Of a DNA stretch of 64,000 nt, positions 26,341 to 36,100 are shown one piece after another (the first letter of the stretch is position 1; every line of letters starts with the position of its first letter). The DNA comes from Flavobacteriales bacterium (GTDB lineage: Bacteria; Bacteroidota; Bacteroidia; NS11-12g; UBA955). The notes below the pieces were generated by a model, which saw only the letters and a list, made by a program, of their open reading frames with translations, was not told the DNA's origin and made no database searches. Where the stretch lies: positions 9,072-73,071 of the forward strand of contig CANFLS010000002.1 in NCBI GenBank assembly GCA_947447955.1. The letters are read 5' to 3'. The position numbers and the translations under genes were made by a program.

Positions 26341-26688
26341 ATGGTAAGATTCGAAACAAAAAAACAAAAAGTACTTCCTATGAAGGATTTTATAAAAAGA
26401 TTATTTAAGTACTTTTTATATGCCTCTCTCATTGTGATTTTCTCAATGGCATTGGGCGTAATTGGATATATGCATTTTGCACAACTGAATTTTATTGATG
26501 CCTTCCACATGTCTGCCCTCATTCTAACAGGAATGGGTCCTGTTGTTGAAATGAAAACAACCGCAGCCAAGTTGTTTTCATCGTTTTATGCCTTATATAG
26601 TGGAGTAGCATTCCTAACCATGATTGCCACATTTTTGGCACCCATTTTACACCGCTTGTTGCATGTTTTACATCTCGACGACGAATAA
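26341..26688 (+). CDS. Small membrane protein with an ion-channel-like two-helix architecture (hypothetical)
   Basis: TM1 'YFLYASLIVIFSMALGVIGYM', a short re-entrant-like segment 'ILTGMGPVVEM', then TM2. There is no TVGYG potassium-channel signature, so the function is uncertain. The start is the Met after the upstream stop. Confidence 0.35.
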   Translation: MVRFETKKQKVLPMKDFIKRLFKYFLYASLIVIFSMALGVIGYMHFAQLNFIDAFHMSALILTGMGPVVEMKTTAAKLFSSFYALYSGVAFLTMIATFLAPILHRLLHVLHLDDE

Positions 26689-26712
26689 TTATCCCTCAAA
26701 ATAAATACAGAT

Positions 26713-27321
26713 ATGAACCGTACACTTTTTATTGTCCTTGGTTTGTTGTTTATGTTCTCTTGCAATCAAAACAACACCACTACCGAAAATAACCAATCGT
26801 ATGATGTTTCGGGACTTACCGTTTTAGACAGTTCACGCAATGATTTTCATATTGCGTTTGATAAAAACATTGGACAAGTGGGACTCATTGTTCACGAAAA
26901 TCAAAGCGTTCAATATTATCCGTTGGGGTTATTTCACAACTCAGAAAATGGTGTTCCCAATAAAATAATTGTAGATACCTTGAGTCAAAATGTGTACCTA
27001 TTTACCGTGATTTCTCACTTGAAAACGGGCAATCTCGTGGGGAATAATATTAACCTAGTTTCATTCAATGTACAAACAAAAAATATTACCCAAATTCATG
27101 CCTTCAAGAACCTCGGTGCCTTCGCCGATACATTGGCTTACGATACCCTAAAAGACGTAAAATTCTTTGATTACAAGTTTATCAAAGTCAACCAAAAGGA
27201 TTCCTTCCTATTTGATATTAAAGAGTATAAACCTTTCAAACCCCTTGATCAAAATCCTAGCAAAAAGTCAAAATACGTAACTGCCATTCAACAGCATCCT
27301 TTTCGTTTGAAAGGGTTGTAG
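26713..27321 (+). CDS. Hypothetical lipoprotein
   Basis: 'MNRTLFIVLGLLFMFSCNQ' lipobox. Confidence 0.45.
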   Translation: MNRTLFIVLGLLFMFSCNQNNTTTENNQSYDVSGLTVLDSSRNDFHIAFDKNIGQVGLIVHENQSVQYYPLGLFHNSENGVPNKIIVDTLSQNVYLFTVISHLKTGNLVGNNINLVSFNVQTKNITQIHAFKNLGAFADTLAYDTLKDVKFFDYKFIKVNQKDSFLFDIKEYKPFKPLDQNPSKKSKYVTAIQQHPFRLKGL

Positions 27322-27332
27322 TTCTTATGTAT

Positions 27333-28463
27333 TTAAAGCAAATATTCTAAAAAATTTGCTTCGGTTACAATACCAACCTCTGCTTCCGGATATTTAGAAG
27401 TAAATGCCTTTGTTATTTTGCTTTTTTGCTTCACCTTGCATTCAAAAGCATAAATTTTATCGTCACGTTTTTCAATTAAATCTACCTCTTGTTGTGCATA
27501 GGTTCGCCAGAAATAAAATTGCGTAAACTGTCGTTTGTATTGATTCAATTTGATTCTTTCTTGAATTACAAAGGCCTCAAACAAAGCACCCCAATCTTCA
27601 CGGCTGTTTCTAGCACCGAATTTTCTGATGATTGCGTTCCGGATTCCATTATCGTAAAAATACCATTTGTGGGTTTTCGTAACTTCGCTGCGGTCGTTAT
27701 TGCTATACCCTCGCAAGGAAAAAAGAATAAAGTTCTTTTCAAGCAAATCTAAATAACGCTCTACGGTATTCTTACTAATTCCCAATGATTTACCAAGTTC
27801 GTTGTATGAAACTTCGCTGCCCATTTGATGGGCCACCAATTCTAACAATTGCTGAACTTTTGATGAATTTTGAATTCCCTCAAATTTAAACACATCACGC
27901 AGCAAATTGCCAATTCCCAAATCTACCAAATATTCTTGCTTGTCAATTTCATTCTCAAATTTGAAAATTTCGGGATAACTCCCATAAATAAGTCTTGTAT
28001 CCAACTGATTCATTATTTCAAAGTTTGAATCTACATTGCTTTGCTCAATGATACTTATTGGCATTAAATGATACGTGTAACTTCTTCCCAACAAAGGTGC
28101 ACCGGCAGCATTTGAAATGTCAAATGAAGACGATCCAGTAACAATAATTGTTAAGCCTTCAATGTGATCTATAATCAACTTTAAAACTTGCCCAATTTCT
28201 TCAATATTTTGCGCTTCATCAATACAGAGCAACTTGATTCCACTAAAAAGCAATTGATAATTTGCAACCGATCTATTGCTTAATTTCTTTTGAATTTCAA
28301 CATCTTCTCCGTTAATCCATAACTTTTTTGAAGTTTGCACCTCAAAAAGTTGTTGCATCAAATACGTTTTCCCAGTACGGCGAGAACCGTAAATAATCAA
28401 AACTTTTTGCTGCCCAATTTTAGCTTGAATTTGTTCTAAAATTCCGCGTTGAAATTGTTTCAT
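27333..28463 (-). CDS. AAA_14 + DUF4143 family ATP-binding protein
   Basis: Walker A 'GSRRTGKT' near the N-terminus, Walker B 'LLCIDEAQ', and a C-terminal DUF4143-like region. This is a paralogue of 30106..31305. Confidence 0.8.
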   Translation of the reverse strand: MKQFQRGILEQIQAKIGQQKVLIIYGSRRTGKTYLMQQLFEVQTSKKLWINGEDVEIQKKLSNRSVANYQLLFSGIKLLCIDEAQNIEEIGQVLKLIIDHIEGLTIIVTGSSSFDISNAAGAPLLGRSYTYHLMPISIIEQSNVDSNFEIMNQLDTRLIYGSYPEIFKFENEIDKQEYLVDLGIGNLLRDVFKFEGIQNSSKVQQLLELVAHQMGSEVSYNELGKSLGISKNTVERYLDLLEKNFILFSLRGYSNNDRSEVTKTHKWYFYDNGIRNAIIRKFGARNSREDWGALFEAFVIQERIKLNQYKRQFTQFYFWRTYAQQEVDLIEKRDDKIYAFECKVKQKSKITKAFTSKYPEAEVGIVTEANFLEYLL

Positions 28464-28485
28464 ACTTCAAATATAAAACAAAAAC

Positions 28486-28580
28486 TATGAATTTAGTCAG
28501 TAAAATTTGAAATTATCTATTAATTTAGTCAGTAAGTTGACCAAATTTACTATTAATTTAGTCAGCCAACTGACTAAAAT
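28486..28580. promoter_or_regulatory. Operator-like repeats upstream of the DUF4143 ATPase gene
   Basis: Three copies of 'TAATTTAGTCAG' spaced about 32 bp apart. The last copy forms the perfect palindrome 'TTTAGTCAG-ccaa-CTGACTAAA'. Confidence 0.4.
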
Positions 28581-28613
28581 CATACTTTTTCAATTCAAAC
28601 AACTAAAAATCAA

Positions 28614-29648
28614 TTACTTATTGTAATTTCCCAAAATTTCAACCACTTTATCTATCATTTGGGGGGTAACATCGAGGTGGGTAACCATCCGAATTTGGGT
28701 GGCACTCATGGCAGATACGCGGATGTTGTTTGCCAATAAATAATCCGAAACTTGCTTCACCGTTGTTGGTGCTTTAATTGAAAAAATTACTATGTTGGTT
28801 TCTACCGGAAGCACCGCTTCTACCCAATTCAACGATGCTAACGTTTTACCCAAAACTTGCGCATGCGCATGGTCTTCGGCCAATCGATTTACTTGATGTT
28901 CCAAAGCATAGCTTGCAGCGGCTGCTAAAAATCCGGCTTGACGCATGCCTCCGCCCATTACTTTTCTTACCCTTCTGGCTTCTTTGATAAACTCTTTGCT
29001 TCCCAAAAGCACACTGCCAACAGGTGCGCCCAAGCCTTTGCTCAAGCACAAAGAAATGCTATGAAATATTTTCCCATACATCAACGGGTCGTTGTTTTGG
29101 GCAACTATGGCGTTCATTAATCGAGCACCGTCGAGGTGCAGGCTCAATCCATGTTCATCGCAAAGATTTCGAATTGCTTGCAATTCGCTCATTTGGTAGC
29201 AGCTACCCCCACCCCTGTTGCAGGTATTTTCCAAACTCACCAATCGGGTTCTGGCACGGTGCACATCGTCGGGGTTGATGACCTCGGCAATTTGCGCAGC
29301 TGTAATTTGTCCGCGGTTGCCTCGAATCAATCTTGCTTGACAGCCAGAATTCTTGCCAATTCCACCTCCCTCATAAAAATAAATGTGCGAACCTTCTTCG
29401 CAAATGACTTCATCGCCGGGTTGTGTATGCACGTTAATGGCAATTTGGTTGGTCATGGTTCCTGAGGGACAAAACAGCGCAGCTTCCATTCCAAACATTT
29501 GTGCAGCAAAGTGTTCCAATTCGTTTATGGAGGGATCTTCGCCAAACACATCATCGCCCACAGCGGCATTCATCATGGCAGTGAGCATATTTGGGGTTGG
29601 TTTTGTAAAGGTATCGGAACGAAGTTCTATGGGCGTATTTGTATTCAT
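28614..29648 (-). CDS. ltaE: Low-specificity L-threonine aldolase (PLP-dependent)
   Basis: 'RSDTFTKPT', 'GTMTNQIAI', 'SLCLSKGLGAPVGSVLLG' (PLP-Lys region). 344 aa. Confidence 0.8.
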   Translation of the reverse strand: MNTNTPIELRSDTFTKPTPNMLTAMMNAAVGDDVFGEDPSINELEHFAAQMFGMEAALFCPSGTMTNQIAINVHTQPGDEVICEEGSHIYFYEGGGIGKNSGCQARLIRGNRGQITAAQIAEVINPDDVHRARTRLVSLENTCNRGGGSCYQMSELQAIRNLCDEHGLSLHLDGARLMNAIVAQNNDPLMYGKIFHSISLCLSKGLGAPVGSVLLGSKEFIKEARRVRKVMGGGMRQAGFLAAAASYALEHQVNRLAEDHAHAQVLGKTLASLNWVEAVLPVETNIVIFSIKAPTTVKQVSDYLLANNIRVSAMSATQIRMVTHLDVTPQMIDKVVEILGNYNK

Positions 29649-29798
29649 GACTTTTATTATTTTGGGGGATATTTTGCCGTGAGCCGGCTTTCAAAGTAAC
29701 GAATTTATGATGAATTTTTCAGAAATGCGTCCCTCAAAAATAAAACCATTACAATGAAGCACTATCTTTGTAAATGAATTTACAACAAAATAAAGATC

Positions 29799-30104
29799 AT
29801 GTTAGAAAACTGCTATACCACCAATAAATTATTAAGCAAAGAAGAAACCATTGTTGCCATTTTACGCGATGCGGAAGACCAATGGGAATTTGTAGGCGAC
29901 AAACCAAACAATGAGGAAGAAATTGTGGTGGTATCGTTGGAGCAGATTTATGAATCTTACCCTGAGTTAAAAGAGATTTGCGAACAGCTTGAATTGAGCC
30001 AATGCGCAGTGTGGGACAACATCGACAACGAGTGGTTGATAGACGAATACGACGACGAAGAAGAATACGACGAAGACGAGGAATCTGAAGAAGAGGGTGC
30101 GTAA
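29799..30104 (+). CDS. Small acidic hypothetical protein
   Basis: 101 aa with a poly-Asp/Glu C-terminus 'DEYDDEEEYDEDEESEEEGA'. No motif recognised. Confidence 0.35.
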   Translation: MLENCYTTNKLLSKEETIVAILRDAEDQWEFVGDKPNNEEEIVVVSLEQIYESYPELKEICEQLELSQCAVWDNIDNEWLIDEYDDEEEYDEDEESEEEGA

Positions 30105-30105
30105 T

Positions 30106-31305
30106 TTAGAATAGACTCTTTGGGTCTATTGTTATAAATTTTTGCCACGTCAACCCATTCTCAGAAAGTTGATATACTTTGTGGGGTTTGAATTTCTTTT
30201 GAAATTCAGCCAAACCTGTTATTTTATCTGTGCCAATTTTCACTTCCAAAGCAATGTATTTTTGCTGGTATTGGATAATAAAATCAACTTCGGCATTGCT
30301 TTCATTCCAATAATACACTTTAAACTCATTTGAAGCATAAGCCATTAAATGTGTACCAATTGCCGATTCAATAATGCGTCCCCACAATTTTTTATTTTGG
30401 AAGGATTCTTCAAAATTTGAATTTAAAGCAGTTGTCATTAACGCTTGATTTTGCACTTGAAACTTAGGACTACTGCTTTTTTGTCGGGCAGCATCAATTG
30501 AAAACTTTTGCAACCCGGTTAACAAACCTGCTGCATTCATCAGTTCTATATATTGCGCCAATGTAACCGTGTTGCCAGAATCTTGCAGTTGCCCCAAAAT
30601 TTTATTGAACGATAAAATTTGACCAGAATAGCTTGCACCTAATTCAAACAATCTCCTCATTAACAAAGGCTTATCGATTCGTTTGAGCATTAAAATATCT
30701 TTGGTAATTGCAGTTTCCACCAATGAATCTTTTACGTAATTTTTCCATCTAAGTTCGTTATCAATCATCGACATTGAACCTGGATAAGCCCCAAACCAAG
30801 CATATTGTTCTGGTGTTATTCCAAATGCTTCTTTGAGTTCGGTATACTTCCAATGATTCAATTGTATATTTTCAAAACGACCTGCGAGCGATTCAGAAAG
30901 TCCTTCTTGAATCAATAATTTAGAAGAGCCCAATAAAATAATTTTCAATTTATCGCTAACATTCCGATATTTATCTTCGTCTGATAAGCGCTTTACAATT
31001 TCACTCCATTGGTGTATTTTTTGTATTTCATCAATTGCCAAAACAGTAACTTTATTTGATAGGGAGCTGTCAATTCTAGCGGCATTCCAAATTGCTTCTA
31101 TCCAAGTTGTATCGGCGTTGCTTACAGAATCCGCAATATGGTATTGCCCATTAATTTGATCGAGTTCGAAAAGTTGCTTCACCATGGTTGTTTTTCCAAC
31201 TTGACGTGGACCAACAATTACTTGAATCAGCGCGTGCTGTTCAAGAATGCGGTTTTTCAATTCAAAAAAGGCCTCTCTGTAGTACATAAATGCAAATATA
31301 GTCAA
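30106..31305 (-). CDS. AAA_14 + DUF4143 family ATP-binding protein. The start may be the Met at 31287.
   Basis: Walker A 'GPRQVGKT' and Walker B 'VLAIDEIQ'. Same architecture as 27333..28463. Confidence 0.8.
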   Translation of the reverse strand: MTIFAFMYYREAFFELKNRILEQHALIQVIVGPRQVGKTTMVKQLFELDQINGQYHIADSVSNADTTWIEAIWNAARIDSSLSNKVTVLAIDEIQKIHQWSEIVKRLSDEDKYRNVSDKLKIILLGSSKLLIQEGLSESLAGRFENIQLNHWKYTELKEAFGITPEQYAWFGAYPGSMSMIDNELRWKNYVKDSLVETAITKDILMLKRIDKPLLMRRLFELGASYSGQILSFNKILGQLQDSGNTVTLAQYIELMNAAGLLTGLQKFSIDAARQKSSSPKFQVQNQALMTTALNSNFEESFQNKKLWGRIIESAIGTHLMAYASNEFKVYYWNESNAEVDFIIQYQQKYIALEVKIGTDKITGLAEFQKKFKPHKVYQLSENGLTWQKFITIDPKSLF

Positions 31306-31311
31306 TCTTTT

Positions 31312-31483
31312 ACAATTTTACTCAATGTACTGAGTAATTTTACTCAATACGCTGAGTAATTTTACTCAGTAAAAAACCGTATGAAATCACCAATTTCGAT
31401 ATGAATTTGGTGGTTATAATCGCCAATTTCGATATGAATTTGGTGGTTATAATCGCCAATTTCGATATGAATTTGGCGATTTC
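31312..31483. promoter_or_regulatory. Operator-like repeats plus a tandem 33-bp repeat upstream of the second DUF4143 ATPase gene
   Basis: Three copies of 'AATTTTACTCA(A/G)', including the palindrome 'TACTGAGTAATTTTACTCAGTA' (31312..31378). Then about 2.9 tandem copies of 'tc(a/g)ccaatttcgatatgaatttggtggttataa' (31387..31483). Confidence 0.4.
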
Positions 31484-31502
31484 AATAAATAAAACCTAAT
31501 TA

Positions 31503-33059
31503 TTACTCGTTTTTGAATTTAAATTTCAGTTGGTATACCAAATCGGCAGATTGGAAAACGCATTGCTTTTCGAGGAAGATTTTTGCACTAGAAAAAATCG
31601 GATTTGTGTTCATTTCTAATTTTTTCAATTCAAAATTCTCATTGGTGATTGCAAACAAGATTCCTTGTTTTAGTGTAAATGCAAACAAATAAGCGTGCAA
31701 CTTTGCGTTGTAACTCACCCCGCGAAGAAATAGGTTTTCCCCATAACTGGTGTTTAATTTGCGCCACCAACCTAATTCCACAGCTGTCCCTTTTTTGAAA
31801 TCATACGCATAAGGCATTCCAAAGAAAAATAATTGATTGTTTAAAAAAGTATTCATAATCAAACCAAAATCGGCCGATTCATTAGATAATTTCGTTATTA
31901 ACTCATTTGAAACGTTGTATTCTTTTAAAATTTTAAACGAGGGTGATTTAACTACAGAAATATTAGACCAATGGTATTCCCCCGTCGGATTTACTTCACA
32001 AATTTTAGCAGGTTGCAACTCAACAGCCAAAGGAGATTTATCATTTTTAAAAATCGCCATATCCTTCAATTCATCGTCTGAAAAAATCCGCCCCAATAAT
32101 TTAGATCCATTCGGGTACGGAATTAAATAATTATATGGAAGCGTGTGGCCATTTTTCAAGGATGCATCGACTTCATTGTTGGACATGATTTCATAAGTAA
32201 AAGCACCGTTTTTATTGAAGGTAATAAAAAGGGTGGCCTTCCAAAAAATCACCGTATCACCTTGGTGTTTATACAAATAGTTAAATGCCACATGAAAAAC
32301 CGTATTTTCTCCGCTCGGGAAAATGCCCAAAAGCATATATTTATCTTTGAGCATATCTTTCAGTTCATTCGAATACAAAACCTCACCCATTGGTTTGGGA
32401 ACGCGTTTTAAAATAGAATCGTAATTAAATTGATCAAACAATTTCAATTCTGAGGCAATAGTATCATTGGGTTTTACCCAAAACAAACGGTTGCGCACAT
32501 CGTTAAAGAAGTTGCCCATTTGAGTCTTTGCTGTATATCTAATTATGAATGAACCCACTGGAACTTTACATATTTTAATAAGAGACAAATCGATAACGGA
32601 TTTTTGGGCCAGCAATTCTTTAATATTGGAAGCATTCACAGCGTCAATTTGCGCAAATTGGGGATTGACATTGAATTGAAAATAATACCCCTTATTTTGA
32701 TCCACATTAAGTTTGCCTAACAAATCGAATATATGGTCATTAAAAACGATGATTCTATTTTTAAATTGATCTTTAATCAATGTTTGTAAAGCGGTATCTG
32801 CTAGTGGAAATACAAGCGGAACAGATTTTAATTTCTCAAAGGCGTATCCTGAAATTTCATCTTTACACCAATCGCAACTGGCGTATTTAAGCGTCATCAA
32901 TTGCAGCGACTGCCCTTGATTTAATTTCAAAGTCTCTGAAAAATCATTAAAAATTTGATCCACCAATTTTATTTCCCGATCATTTTGAGGGATCCAAACG
33001 TTGGCAGAAGAGAACGAAAGAGTGAAAAAACCAATAAGTAAACTACATATATATTTCAT
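31503..33059 (-). CDS. Hypothetical secreted protein with an N-terminal CxxC ('CDWC') motif
   Basis: Signal peptide 'MKYICSLLIGFFTLSFSSA', then 'ASCDWCKD', which may indicate a thioredoxin-like fold. Confidence 0.35.
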   Translation of the reverse strand: MKYICSLLIGFFTLSFSSANVWIPQNDREIKLVDQIFNDFSETLKLNQGQSLQLMTLKYASCDWCKDEISGYAFEKLKSVPLVFPLADTALQTLIKDQFKNRIIVFNDHIFDLLGKLNVDQNKGYYFQFNVNPQFAQIDAVNASNIKELLAQKSVIDLSLIKICKVPVGSFIIRYTAKTQMGNFFNDVRNRLFWVKPNDTIASELKLFDQFNYDSILKRVPKPMGEVLYSNELKDMLKDKYMLLGIFPSGENTVFHVAFNYLYKHQGDTVIFWKATLFITFNKNGAFTYEIMSNNEVDASLKNGHTLPYNYLIPYPNGSKLLGRIFSDDELKDMAIFKNDKSPLAVELQPAKICEVNPTGEYHWSNISVVKSPSFKILKEYNVSNELITKLSNESADFGLIMNTFLNNQLFFFGMPYAYDFKKGTAVELGWWRKLNTSYGENLFLRGVSYNAKLHAYLFAFTLKQGILFAITNENFELKKLEMNTNPIFSSAKIFLEKQCVFQSADLVYQLKFKFKNE

Positions 33060-33122
33060 TTTTCTATATTCATTATTTGTAATTTAACAAATAAAATACA
33101 TTTATTCGTAAATAAAAAATAT

Positions 33123-36100
33123 TTGCTAACCAATGCAATATCAACTATATTCGAAACTTCCTTGAACATTGCAACAACATATATCAATCAATCAAAAAAG
33201 TGGATAGTGCTTTTGCTCTATCCACTTTTTTGTTCAACAACTTTGTTGGCTCAAAATACCTACGTCAAATCAAATCCATTTCCAACCGATTATTTTATTC
33301 AAAACAAAGGACAATGGAACCACGAAGATTCTAGCATTGGTTATATACTTTGGAATGGCATTCACAACGTGCACCTTTTTAAAAATAAACCCGGATTTAC
33401 TTGGAAATTTACACAAGTAAAAATGCACAAAGAAGATCATGAAAATGAATTTTCTGAAATAGAATCTGAGTATGAAAAAGAACGTGAAAGAGAATTGGAA
33501 GCAGGAAATGGCAAAGAAAAATCTGATGAACTTACCCAAGTTTTTTTAAATGCCAACCCCAATCCTGAAATTGTAGTAGAAAAACCTTCCGATTTTTATT
33601 GGACCTATGGTCCCGAAAAATGGAATTCAATCGGATTTAAACGCATTACCTACAAAAATATTTATCCGTTTATTGATGTGTATTACGAAACCTGCAACAA
33701 CCCAGCTTTGGGAAATTTCAAATACGGTTTCATTTTACACCCCGGTGCAAATCCAAACCACATTCAGATGCAACTAAAAGGGGCCAAATTCAAAAACCTC
33801 AAGGAGAACTCCATTCAATATGTTGCCAAAGAGTTTACCCTGTTTGATTCAGGGTGGAATGCAGTTCAAAACGAAAAAAACATCCCCCTAAAATTAAAAT
33901 TATCAAAAAGTTTATCAAACTTAAAGAACACGCTTCAAATCAATTTAAATTGTCCAAACCCAATTCAATCTGAAACATATATTGATCCTTATGTGAAAGT
34001 AATTGATAGTTTTTTAGATGCGCCTAGAAATTACTACAATTTTGAAAATTTAGTTTCTCAAATGGATTATGATAGCGATGACAATACTTTGGTAATGAGC
34101 CAAAACGAACGTTATCCATTAGTTGCTAAATACAATAAAAATGGAAAACTTCAATGGCTTTTCTCAGGGCAGTTACCATTAATAAATTGGTATTCCTCGG
34201 TGTATACATATTATGCACCTGGTGCGATTATTATGGATAGAAACAATAAAAAATTGTATATAGGACCAGGATTTAAACCATACGGCAACGGCCCACAACT
34301 TATTAGATTAGATACCAAAGGAAATCATGATAATTTCTTATCACAGGCAAGAGCTGACGCACCTGAACTTTGGGATTTAAACATAAATTGCAAACTAAAT
34401 AAAATCGTAGTTTCTGGTGGTGGCATAATGGCCCCTGTAAATATGACTTTAATTAGCAAAGACACTAGTACTTTAAAACCAAATGTTTACCGAATTACTA
34501 GTGATACTAAAAACATTGGACAAGACATAATACGTTCAATCATCGATTTTGAAAATAATTATTTTGTGTTAATTAATTACAGTAAATTAACTATGAAATA
34601 TGATAGTATTGGTCAACCAATTGGCAGTTATTGGAAGGATTACCGCGGACTTATATTAGCAAATGATTCTTTCAATGGGCCAAAATATGAAATTGATATC
34701 AGTCCATATTTCGTGTTTCACGAATACAGCAATTTTACAAAGATGAACACAATTACGAACAGATTCAATGGATTGGCAGTAAATGATAGCTTTGTATTTA
34801 TTTATGATGGCAAAGTATTGATGGTGAATGAAAAGTTTACCGGTAAAATTCGATGTATTGATTCTGTGGCCTGGCATAAAGGTAGGCGTGGGCATTTAGG
34901 GCAGTCCGGCATAGCGGCAGACAACTGCAACCACGTTTTCTTAGGGGGTGACAGTGCCAATGTTTTGGTCTACACCTTTGCAAAAAACAAACTCAAACTT
35001 GATACCACCATCTACCTGTTTAAACCGGCTAAAATCCGAAAAGTGATCGATATCCGACTCAACGAATTAAGCAATCAACTTTTTGTTGCGGGCGATAGTT
35101 TTACCGCCTCCTTTCCCAACCCCTTTGCCAAATCTTGCTCTGTAGTGCGCACTTTTAAGGTCGATACCATACTCACTTCAAAATGCCAAGGAAATTTTAT
35201 TGCCAAAATACCCAATGCCGATTCTATTACTGATTATACCTTTCAGTGGACAAAACTCAATGCCAAAAATCAACCCATTGTGCAACTTTTTACGGGCTCA
35301 AAGCATTTTTACGATACCCTTAAAAATCCCAATCCCGGTGACACCTTTGAACTCCTTGTAGCCAAAAACTATTTCTGCAACGGCGAATACCAAAAGTTCA
35401 TTTTTACCACAGGCAAAATACACAACATTGACGTTTACGATACCCTTTGTGCCGGCGCAATTTATACCAACCGAAAACACAAAATCTATAAAGACTCTAC
35501 GTTTCCCTATACCCTAAGCAACCGTTACAAATGTGATTCTGTGGTTACTTATCACATTCATTTTAAAGATACTTCATCTACCTATCAAAAGGTAGTTCGC
35601 TGCAGGGGTGACTCTTTGAAAGTGGGCAAACACGTGTATACCAACGCCGGCTTTTTTAAAGACACTTTGGTGAACAAATTTGGTTGCGACTCTTTTGTGT
35701 ATTCTAAATTTAGCATTGCCTCTGATACGGTGTATTTGAAGGAGCACGTTTGCAACACCTATATTTACAAACTTGGTGATTCTACTTTTTACAAACCCGG
35801 AAACTACAAAGTGGTGTTTAGGAGTTCCAAAGGTTGTGATTCTATGGTAATTGCCAAAATCACCATGTCGCGCGATACCGCTGTGCGCATCAAACCCACC
35901 ATTTGCCAAGGAGATTCGTTTGTGCTTCGGGGATTAAAGTATGTGCTTTCAGGAAATTACCAAGTCAAATTGCCCCGTTTTGACGGCTGCGATTCAACCA
36001 TCCGCATTGCATTAAGCGTGAAACCAAAATCGTTCATCCAAAACAAAATTTCACTTTGTTTTGGTGACTCATTGATTGTGGGAAAGCACAATTACAAAAA

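Noticed and set aside
26341-26688. Potassium-channel call for the small two-TM protein
   Set aside because: There is no TVGYG-type selectivity filter. I kept it as a hypothetical membrane protein with only an ion-channel-like topology.
28778-29699. Several + strand ORFs (60-109 aa) inside ltaE
   Set aside because: They are shadow ORFs favoured by the locally higher GC content. ltaE on the minus strand is intact with conserved motifs.
31387-31483. Possible CRISPR array (33-bp tandem repeats)
   Set aside because: The units are directly abutting with no spacers, only about 2.9 copies, and no cas genes are nearby. They read better as a promoter-proximal tandem repeat.
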